From an uncultured bacterium (GTDB lineage Bacteria; Patescibacteriota; JABMPQ01; CAVVCK01), in the NCBI GenBank assembly GCA_963746775.1, contig CAVVCK010000002.1:303592-367591 (forward strand): a stretch of 64,000 bases of DNA, read 5' to 3'. Position 1 is the stretch's first letter. Every line of letters starts with the position of its first letter. The translations under genes and the position numbers were made by a program. This document shows positions 39,689 through 47,833 of this stretch, one piece after another. Under the pieces are notes generated by a model. It had not been told where the DNA came from and ran no database searches. It saw only the letters and a list, made by a program, of their open reading frames with translations.

Positions 39689-41044
39689 TTATTTTATTAA
39701 CGCCCTATCTATCGCCTCCTTCACAGTTCCAACTTTTATAACTGCGCCCTTATTACTTTTTACATCAATATCTGGCACTAAAACAGATTTAAATCCTAAA
39801 TTAAAAGCCTCCCCTATTCTTTTCTCGATTTGAGAAACTGTTCGCACCTCTCCAGTCAAACCTACTTCACCTATAGCAACTATTCCAGGATCGACTATTT
39901 TATTAAAATAAACAGAAGCTAGAGCCAGCGAGCAGGCTAAATCTGCTCCAGGTTCTTTTATTTTCATACCACCAGCCGCATTAATATAAATATCTTGGTT
40001 ATCTAATTTTAAATTAGCCCGCTTAGATAAAACTGCAGCTAATAATTGTAAACGATTTAGATCAAAACCAGAAACAGTTCTCTTGGGATAACCAAAACTA
40101 GTGAATGATGTTAGGGCCTGTATCTCTATTAGAAATGTTCTACTACCTTCTAACAAAGCGGCCACGCATGTACCTGGTACTTCTAATTTTCTCTCTTTTA
40201 AAAATAGTTCGGAAGGATTTTTTATTTCAGAGAACCCATTTGCTTTCATTTCAAATATGCCAATTTCTGTAGTCGGACCAAACCTATTTTTAGTTGCTCG
40301 CAATATTCTAAAATTATGGAATCTATCCCCTTCAAAATACAATACAGTATCTACCAAGTGTTCTAGTGTTTTTGGTCCTGCCACTTCCCCTCCCTTAGTT
40401 ACATGACCAATTAATATTACTGGAATATTACTCTCCTTGGCGCATCTAATCAATCTATTAGCTGATTCACGAACCTGGACAACACTGCCAGCCGCGCTAT
40501 CAAAATCATTAGAATAAACAGTCTGAATAGAATCTAGGATAATTAATCCAGGGTTAATATCATTGATTGTTGCAATAATATTATCAATGTTAGTTTCTGA
40601 TAAAAATTGTAAGCCCAATGACTTAGTACCTAGGCGATCAGCGCGCATTTTTACTTGAGTCGCTGATTCTTCACCTGAAATATATAAAGAATTATTTTTA
40701 GAAATTTCCGATATTTTATCACTTATCTGCAAAGCCAGAGTTGATTTACCTATACCAGGATCACCGCCTAATAATATTACCGCTCCACTAATAATTCCAC
40801 CGCCTATCACTCTGTCAAATTCACCTATTCCCGATTCTGTTTTACTAAATTTTTTTGCTTTAATACTACTTATGTTTTGAGGCTCTACAACCCTTCCTTC
40901 CGTTTTTATTCTTGCATCTTCATTACCAGCCTTAATTTCTTCAATAACACTATTCCATTCTCCACATCTTTCACATTTACCCATCCATCTTAAATATTCC
41001 GCCCCACATTTCTGACAGATATAAATTTTATTTATTTTAGACAT
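39689..41044 (-). CDS. radA: DNA repair protein RadA/Sms
   Basis: N-terminal Zn ribbon CQKCGAEYLRWMGKCERCGEW. RecA-like ATPase with Walker A GGDPGIGKSTLALQ. Lon-protease-like C-terminal domain. Confidence 0.9.
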   Translation of the reverse strand: MSKINKIYICQKCGAEYLRWMGKCERCGEWNSVIEEIKAGNEDARIKTEGRVVEPQNISSIKAKKFSKTESGIGEFDRVIGGGIISGAVILLGGDPGIGKSTLALQISDKISEISKNNSLYISGEESATQVKMRADRLGTKSLGLQFLSETNIDNIIATINDINPGLIILDSIQTVYSNDFDSAAGSVVQVRESANRLIRCAKESNIPVILIGHVTKGGEVAGPKTLEHLVDTVLYFEGDRFHNFRILRATKNRFGPTTEIGIFEMKANGFSEIKNPSELFLKERKLEVPGTCVAALLEGSRTFLIEIQALTSFTSFGYPKRTVSGFDLNRLQLLAAVLSKRANLKLDNQDIYINAAGGMKIKEPGADLACSLALASVYFNKIVDPGIVAIGEVGLTGEVRTVSQIEKRIGEAFNLGFKSVLVPDIDVKSNKGAVIKVGTVKEAIDRALIK

Positions 41045-41201
41045 ATTGTTAATTCTATTGCGTTATATTAGTATAGCTTCAGATAAATAAGTTGTAAACG
41101 CTAGAAGTAAATTTGTCATAAGCATTAAAATCGTTCGTCTTCAAAGATTTCAACTTTTGTGCTATCTTCTATTTATAATATTATTCTAAATTCCAATAAA
41201 A

Positions 41202-41873
41202 ATGATACTTCCACACTTATTATACCAAATCGGCTACGCTATTTGCCACCAATTACCTGATCGATCTTTTTTTGTTTATGATCATTCTCTTCCTCTCTGC
41301 GCCAGATGCACTGGAATTTATATTGGAATGTTTATTGATTTTTCTCTCTATTTTTTTATAAAATTTTTAAAAAACAAAAAACCTATCCTACCTCCCCCTT
41401 TATGGATAAATATTTTATCTGTATCTTTTACTTTTTTAATGGCTGCACAGGCCATATCCAGTATCTTTATAGATTATTCTTTTGATAAAGAGATAAGATT
41501 TATAACTGGTATATTATTCGGCATTTCCTTACCTTGGTATCTATTAATAACTCTTAATTACTCCCCCAGATTCAAATATGAAAATAAAGAAATTATAAAT
41601 TACAAAGAATATTTAATTTTATTTTTAATAGCCACTTTTTCTACCACAATATTCTTATTTAGAATCCCATTTGTTATGTATCTATCTTCTTATATTTCTA
41701 TAGTTGGACTGCTTATTTTTATTTTTCTAATTAATCTTTCCTTATTAATTTTGATATCTGATATAATTAAATTATTCCAAAAAATATCATTTCTATATCT
41801 TATCATTATTACTACTATACTCTCCGTAATTGAAATAATTACACTCAATTTGTTACATTCTGCAATTTTATAA
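41202..41873 (+). CDS. DUF2085-like polytopic membrane protein
   Basis: N-terminal ICHQLPDRSF...PLCARCTGIYIG motif typical of DUF2085; several TM helices. Confidence 0.45.
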   Translation: MILPHLLYQIGYAICHQLPDRSFFVYDHSLPLCARCTGIYIGMFIDFSLYFFIKFLKNKKPILPPPLWINILSVSFTFLMAAQAISSIFIDYSFDKEIRFITGILFGISLPWYLLITLNYSPRFKYENKEIINYKEYLILFLIATFSTTIFLFRIPFVMYLSSYISIVGLLIFIFLINLSLLILISDIIKLFQKISFLYLIIITTILSVIEIITLNLLHSAIL

Positions 41874-41940
41874 TCGTATATATGTTCGTATATTTGTAAG
41901 TATATACGTACGTATATACTTATTAAATTTTATAAATATA

Positions 41941-41978
41941 AAACGAGGCATATTATATTGCCTCGTTTTATATTTTTA
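41941..41978 (+). terminator. rho-independent terminator
   Basis: AAACGAGGCA tattatat TGCCTCGTTT followed by TATATTTTTATTTT. Confidence 0.6.
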
Positions 41979-42161
41979 TTTTGGTTTGACCACGTATGAA
42001 ATTTCGAATAAATAAATATTAATTTTTTCTTTTCGAATAATTTTATTAATCAGAAAAAATTAAACTTGTCAGCGTTAAAATTTCATACGTGGTTGACTAT
42101 ATTTTATTTTTGTTTGTCAAAAGTAATTGTATCAGTCTACCGTAATCTGTTTATCTGTATT

Positions 42162-42482
42162 CTAATAGGTTGAATACTCTGCTCCACCACCTAATATTGA
42201 ACTACCCACGCCAAAGACCATCATGATTATCCAGCATAAACAAGCAATTGCAGTCGGTACAATACCTAATATTAAACACATTTTACCAAATTTTTTATTC
42301 TCTTCTCCACCCTTCTTCATGTAAATAATACCCAGGATTATACCTAAAATACTGATGAAAAACGATAATACGTAATAAAGAGATTTTGGCTCTGGAGGCA
42401 TTTCACCACTGTTTGGTGTCTGAGATTGCTGTTTTTCCGGCTGTGGTGTCTCCTTTTGCATTTGTGTGTTTGTTTCTTCCAT
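42162..42482 (-). CDS. small membrane protein, hypothetical
   Basis: 106 aa with a Q/P-rich N-terminus and two TM helices. First gene of the long minus-strand block. Confidence 0.4.
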   Translation of the reverse strand: MEETNTQMQKETPQPEKQQSQTPNSGEMPPEPKSLYYVLSFFISILGIILGIIYMKKGGEENKKFGKMCLILGIVPTAIACLCWIIMMVFGVGSSILGGGAEYSTY

Positions 42483-42571
42483 TTATTTTTATTAAAATTT
42501 ATAAGTTACTTATTATTTGTATTATAGCATATTTTAGCTAATTTTTCTATATTTCTCTGTGGATAAATTAT

Positions 42572-43747
42572 TTATTCAATATCTACCATGTATAGTTTAT
42601 TATCGTATCTGTTTATAAAATAAATTTTTTTATTGTCAGAAAATGGCATTATATTACAAATATCAAATATTGTATCCTTGTTAAATGCAGTAATTTGAGT
42701 GTGTTGTTTTGTATTAAAATCATACTCCCATAAAGTTGTATTAAAATAATTATCTCTATTTTCTTCTACCTTAGCATAAACCAAGCTAGAATTATTAATA
42801 AATTCAACTTTATTTAAATATGTTCCTAAATTTATGACTGTTTCACTAGCTTTTTCTAAATCATAAATTGATATTATTGGATATGGAGTAGAGCTTGATT
42901 TTGATAATAATATTTGTTTACTATTAGGACTAAATTTTCCTCTATCAATATTTTCATTTTGCAATATATTACTTTTTTTATCTAAATTAAATAAAACAAA
43001 GAAATTCTTTACAGTAGCCTCAGGTTCTGCATCATATTCTATGCCAGTATTTTCTTCTTTATAAAAAAATGCTGGCTCTGTTCTAGTATATAATAAATTT
43101 TTACCGTTCGGTGAAATCTCTATTAAAAATCCACTATTTACAAACAAATCTAAGAGTTCCTCTCTATTATCATTATTAACATTATAAGTATTAATATTAT
43201 TTTTATTAGAAACAAAATAAGTTTCAATAATTTTATCTTTTTCTAAAGGATGCCATAGAGCTGTTTTTATATTTTTGTTTAATTCTTTTTTTGTATTTGT
43301 ATTAAGATCATAAATAAAATAACTATCTTGATTATAGTCTTTATATAATAATTTTTCTTGAAAAGGTGACAATTGCACTTCACTTAAAACAGGTAAATCT
43401 TTTATTAATATTTCTACTTTATTGTTATTTTCTTTAATATTTAAACGACCATAAATATTTTCTTGCTTTGAATAAAAATATATATAATCACCTATTAATT
43501 GTGCTTCATCTATATCCAAATCAATTATTTGATTATTTTCACCTACATTACTTTTATTTTCATCAATATTAATAGTTTCAGAATTACTTTCGTCTTCTAG
43601 GTTTAATTTGTTAATCTCATAATATTTTTTTTCTTCAATAACATCTGGTTTTTTATTAACAACTAATAAAACATAAATAATTATTATAATTATGATTATA
43701 ATAATCATTAATGTAACATATAATAATATTTTGTATTTTTTACTCAT
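42572..43747 (-). CDS. membrane-anchored PD40/TolB-like beta-propeller protein
   Basis: N-terminal TM with a poly-Ile run. PD40-like blades (ISPNGKNLLYT, FSPNSKQILLSK). Paralogous in architecture to 46517..47767. Confidence 0.45.
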   Translation of the reverse strand: MSKKYKILLYVTLMIIIIIIIIIIYVLLVVNKKPDVIEEKKYYEINKLNLEDESNSETINIDENKSNVGENNQIIDLDIDEAQLIGDYIYFYSKQENIYGRLNIKENNNKVEILIKDLPVLSEVQLSPFQEKLLYKDYNQDSYFIYDLNTNTKKELNKNIKTALWHPLEKDKIIETYFVSNKNNINTYNVNNDNREELLDLFVNSGFLIEISPNGKNLLYTRTEPAFFYKEENTGIEYDAEPEATVKNFFVLFNLDKKSNILQNENIDRGKFSPNSKQILLSKSSSTPYPIISIYDLEKASETVINLGTYLNKVEFINNSSLVYAKVEENRDNYFNTTLWEYDFNTKQHTQITAFNKDTIFDICNIMPFSDNKKIYFINRYDNKLYMVDIE

Positions 43748-43796
43748 AAACTTGTTTCAATTTTAACGTAACCCACTTATGGTTTTTTATTAATAA

Positions 43797-45206
43797 TCAA
43801 TCTAACATTCTGTGTACATAAATAGGGCAATTTCTATTACTATACCAGCTACTTGTTAAATGGCTTTGTAAGCTTGCAGTAATATGGACAGAACTAGATC
43901 TATGTCCATTAGTTGTAATAGCGCCGCCGCCGCCGCCCATCTCAATAACTTCTGCTCCTGAAACACCGGTATAATTAATTGCATGTCCACAATCTCCTCC
44001 AATCCAGATGAAACTACCAGGAGTCATTTCTGCAGTACCATTCTGTAAAGCACTGGCAAATTCTCTAGCGTTATTAAAATAATATGTAGAAGAACTTCTA
44101 TTAGCACTTATCGCTATAACATTACTGGTTACTCCTGCACATTGATATAGTGTACGTGTAAAAGTCAAACAATCTCCACAATAAGTACCACCTAAGCTTT
44201 GTGCCCAAGTTCTATAGTTGCTCATAGCTTGATTCATATCACCACTGACTGGATCAACCCACTGGCTTCTGTAACCTGCACTGGATTGTAATTTTCTACT
44301 TAAATAGGTATCTGAACTACTTGCATTACAAGTTCCTCCGTGCATAGTTCCTCCTCCTACATAAACAGCTCTTCCTGGGAGTATACTTCGCCAACCATTT
44401 ATAATATTATTATAATTTTCTAATTGATTTCCCGAATTACTGTCAGAAGAACAAAAACTCATCATTTGCCTATATAAATCCGAACTATTAGATATACAAC
44501 ACCACTGATTAGTTTGATTATTAGATACATCTGTACCAGTACTAGTATCCGTACTAGTATCCGTACTAGTGTCAGTAGTAGGACTAGTGACATTTACTTG
44601 TTGTTCAATACAACTTCCTCCGCATCTACTATTATTTGTTCCGCCATGAGCCGCACATTCACTTTGCTCGTCAAATAAATCATCTTCATGCAGCCCAGCA
44701 CAAGGGCTAGAAGACACTCCTGAACCACCACCTGAACCACTATCTGAACTACTATCTGAACAAGTACCGTAATTACAAAACTGACCACTCGAACAGTCGC
44801 TATCACTATGGCACCTCACCACATCTGGCAAAGTTACTTCCGGTATATCAAGCTGACATTGCAAAAGAGAAGGCGATATAACTTGAAAAATTAAATAAGA
44901 AAATAAGGCTAAAAAAAATCCAGCCATAGCTCCAGTCATCATCTTCTTAGCATTCCCTAATCTCTCCTCTTGTCCCAGTGATACCATATAATAAAATCCA
45001 CCTAAAACCAACATAATTAGAGTCAAAATGCCAGCAGCCGACATAGAAAAATCAAAAACATCTTTCCAGTATGCACAAGGAGTACTAGTATCAAAACCTA
45101 AAACGCTAGCTCTAACAAAGCCAACCATACTAAATATTGATATAAATACAAATAAAAAAATAAATAATATTCTTTTCGATTTCATTTTAAAAGTATTAAA
45201 TAACAT
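43797..45206 (-). CDS. VirB2/TrbC-like pilin module fused to a large Cys/Ser/Gly-rich ectodomain
   Basis: Signal peptide, then a two-helix hairpin (AAGILTLIMLVLGGFYYMV - short charged loop - AMAGFFLALFSYLIF) in the T4SS-pilin topology. Followed by the motif VRCHSDSDCSSGQFCNYGTCSD and about 330 aa rich in Cys. Confidence 0.5.
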   Translation of the reverse strand: MLFNTFKMKSKRILFIFLFVFISIFSMVGFVRASVLGFDTSTPCAYWKDVFDFSMSAAGILTLIMLVLGGFYYMVSLGQEERLGNAKKMMTGAMAGFFLALFSYLIFQVISPSLLQCQLDIPEVTLPDVVRCHSDSDCSSGQFCNYGTCSDSSSDSGSGGGSGVSSSPCAGLHEDDLFDEQSECAAHGGTNNSRCGGSCIEQQVNVTSPTTDTSTDTSTDTSTGTDVSNNQTNQWCCISNSSDLYRQMMSFCSSDSNSGNQLENYNNIINGWRSILPGRAVYVGGGTMHGGTCNASSSDTYLSRKLQSSAGYRSQWVDPVSGDMNQAMSNYRTWAQSLGGTYCGDCLTFTRTLYQCAGVTSNVIAISANRSSSTYYFNNAREFASALQNGTAEMTPGSFIWIGGDCGHAINYTGVSGAEVIEMGGGGGAITTNGHRSSSVHITASLQSHLTSSWYSNRNCPIYVHRMLD

Positions 45207-45282
45207 ATATCAGATAGCAGGCACCAAGTGTCTAATATTTAATATTCATTATTTTAATATTATACCAAAATCCATAACAAAC

Positions 45283-45310
45283 AAAAAGGGTAATTTAATT
45301 ACCCTTTTTG
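45283..45310 (-). terminator. strong rho-independent terminator between the two pilin-fusion genes
   Basis: AAAAAGGGTAAT ttaa ATTACCCTTTTT; on the minus strand it is followed by GTTTGTT. Confidence 0.6.
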
Positions 45311-45426
45311 TTTCAATATTAAACTATCTTATTTGCTATTAAACATCATAATAGCACTCTAATTCATTTTCCCATATTCTATGTGTTTTTTTAAATTTTA
45401 TTAAAATTATTATAAAATTTAATTAT

Positions 45427-46455
45427 TTATTCCCATCCTTCATCTGTACAATGTCCACCTGTACATGTTCCTGAAAAACACTGCCTATTCCTTTCACATA
45501 AACCATTCACAAGACTTTCTTGACAACGCCATCCAGCCCGAGCACCTGACATATTACAAAAATATGAGTTAAAACAATCATTATCACTATCACAACTACT
45601 ATTAGTACCATTTACACATGTTCTTGGGCTACGATTACTACAAATTTCTGACTGACAATCCTGATTACTAGTACAAGGATTCCCATTAGCTATAGCTCCT
45701 CCACCAGCAGCAGGTTGACATGTTCCCGCTACATCACAATTTCTACTCGTACAGTCTGTATTATTTCCACAAGGAGATCCATTATTATGATCTGTGCATC
45801 GGTGCTGGCTGCCTACGGCCACACAAGCTAATCCTGTATTACACCTAGTATTATCAATACAACCTCTCCCATTTTGACCTAACTGGGTATCTGTACATAT
45901 AGGCTGTCCCCCACCAGTAGGATTAATACATATTGAACCTGCCCCATTCCTATCTTCACAAACCGTTCTATCATGATCAGCAGCATCAGGATCACATGAA
46001 GTTGAGCTTCTGGGATTATCTCTATCAGCACAAGCACCAAAATTACAAATCTGGCCATTTGAACAATCACTATCACTACGACACACTCCTGTATTTAACG
46101 AATCTGTCTCTGGTATTGATAATCTTAATTCTACTAGCCTTGGATCAAGTTGTTTTAATATCATATGTGAAAAAAGCATAATAACCAAACCAGATAGAGC
46201 AGCAAAAATAGCTTGCTTACCTGAAGTTACTGCTTCCTCATTGCCAGCTGAAGTTAAATATCTAAAACCTCCATATACAAGACCACCTAGAGCTAAAAGA
46301 GCCCCTAGACTTATTCCATATCGATAAATAGAATTTATCCAAGCCTGAGGGGAAGAAGTATCAAAACCAAAAAAGCTGGGGATATCAGCTAGAGCAAAAC
46401 TAGGAAATGTTATTAAAATTGTGAAGATAATTAGAAATGTTTTTTTGAAAAACAT
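45427..46455 (-). CDS. VirB2/TrbC-like pilin module fused to a Cys-rich ectodomain (paralog of 43797..45206)
   Basis: Signal peptide (cleavage after FALA). Two-helix hairpin GISLGALLALGGLVYGGFRYL - loop - AIFAALSGLVIMLFSHMIL. Motif CRSDSDCSNGQICNFGACAD, then about 220 aa with more than 35 Cys. Confidence 0.5.
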   Translation of the reverse strand: MFFKKTFLIIFTILITFPSFALADIPSFFGFDTSSPQAWINSIYRYGISLGALLALGGLVYGGFRYLTSAGNEEAVTSGKQAIFAALSGLVIMLFSHMILKQLDPRLVELRLSIPETDSLNTGVCRSDSDCSNGQICNFGACADRDNPRSSTSCDPDAADHDRTVCEDRNGAGSICINPTGGGQPICTDTQLGQNGRGCIDNTRCNTGLACVAVGSQHRCTDHNNGSPCGNNTDCTSRNCDVAGTCQPAAGGGAIANGNPCTSNQDCQSEICSNRSPRTCVNGTNSSCDSDNDCFNSYFCNMSGARAGWRCQESLVNGLCERNRQCFSGTCTGGHCTDEGWE

Positions 46456-46516
46456 ATTTTTTTAAGATACAAGGACACAAGAAACAAATTACAAACAATA
46501 TTTCAATAACTCAATC

Positions 46517-47767
46517 CTATGGCATAATCAATCCATAGAATTTTCCATCGTGTTTTCTAGTAAAATACATACTCTTCTGATCTCCAGAAATTAAAGGCTG
46601 ATAGACATCATAATCTTTATTAAATTGAGAAAAATCAGCTAATTTTTCCTGTTCACCACTATCTACGTTTATTTTGTAAAATGAATCTTTGGAAACAAAT
46701 TTAGTATTATAATAATCATCTGGCTGAACAAAAAAGTTGCTATAATTTTCAGGCACTCCGCAAAAAACACTAACACTATCTTGGGCCCAAGCACATTTTT
46801 CTACTAAAGTAGCAATTTGTAATTTTTTTGGCTCTATTTTTTTATTTACTTCTGCCTCCCAAAGTACAGGAAATCTAGCATTTTTAGTCTCATTATCATT
46901 ATATATTACTTTTTTTCCATCTGGAGAAAATAAAGGATTAAGTCCCCATCTCTTAGATAAAAAAGTATAATGATCTATTCCTTCTCCTACATTGTATATT
47001 TCTAGTTGTCCTTCTTTGAAGGCTGTTGCAGTATTATAAACAGCTAAATCATTATTAGAAAACCATTTAGTCTCAATTTCTTCTTGGTCTATCTCTTTAA
47101 TTTTCCTCCAAGAAGATAAATCTGGTTTAGCTACTGATAGATTATACTCATCATTAGCCAAATCATGAAATACATAAGCAATATTTTCACCATTATATGA
47201 CATGGTAACATCTTGATATCTATCTTCATATTTAATATCCTCTTGCATATTTAAATTAAAGAAGTGATAATTTTTTGTCATTCCTTTATCTTGAGAAAAT
47301 GTTAAAACAATCTTTTCTCGATCAGGCGACCAGCTCACATTATATAAATTTTCAAATTTAGCATTTGTTAAAACCTGTTCCCCAGTTCCATCAATGTTTG
47401 CTTGGTAAAATTCTTTACCATTAGGATCAAAATATATAAACTTACTTTTATCAGCTGAAAAAACAACAAATTTTACTTCTTTGTCAATAATCTTTTTAAT
47501 TTGCAAAGCTTTAACTTCTTCTGTTGACTGATTATTGTTTAATTTATTAGCCTCTTCCTGCCTTAATTGCTCTTCTTTTTGTGCTAAGGTTAATCCATTC
47601 TTTCTTTCTTCATCTGTTAACTGTAAATTAGACCGCTGATCTTCTGGCAGAATAACTTCTTCTGGTTTTTGCTCTTTATTAGAAGTTGAAGTTAAATAGT
47701 AAAAAACACCTAATCCTATTAATATGATAATTAATATAGCAGCTAATATTATGTACTTTTTTTTCAT
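46517..47767 (-). CDS. membrane-anchored TolB-like PD40 beta-propeller protein
   Basis: N-terminal TM. PD40 repeats (VSWSPDREKIVLTF, FSPDGKKVIYND). Confidence 0.55.
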   Translation of the reverse strand: MKKKYIILAAILIIILIGLGVFYYLTSTSNKEQKPEEVILPEDQRSNLQLTDEERKNGLTLAQKEEQLRQEEANKLNNNQSTEEVKALQIKKIIDKEVKFVVFSADKSKFIYFDPNGKEFYQANIDGTGEQVLTNAKFENLYNVSWSPDREKIVLTFSQDKGMTKNYHFFNLNMQEDIKYEDRYQDVTMSYNGENIAYVFHDLANDEYNLSVAKPDLSSWRKIKEIDQEEIETKWFSNNDLAVYNTATAFKEGQLEIYNVGEGIDHYTFLSKRWGLNPLFSPDGKKVIYNDNETKNARFPVLWEAEVNKKIEPKKLQIATLVEKCAWAQDSVSVFCGVPENYSNFFVQPDDYYNTKFVSKDSFYKINVDSGEQEKLADFSQFNKDYDVYQPLISGDQKSMYFTRKHDGKFYGLIMP

Positions 47768-47833
47768 GATTTATAGATTAAAATGCTAAAGATTAGATAT
47801 TAGTAATTTTCTTAATTTCTATTATTTTCCTTA

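Noticed and set aside
45879-46181. Two short ORFs inside the Cys-rich pilin-fusion gene
   Set aside because: Alternative-frame and antisense shadows of the 45427..46455 gene with low complexity. The same applies to 44594..44806, 50951..51169 and the other short internal ORFs in the track.
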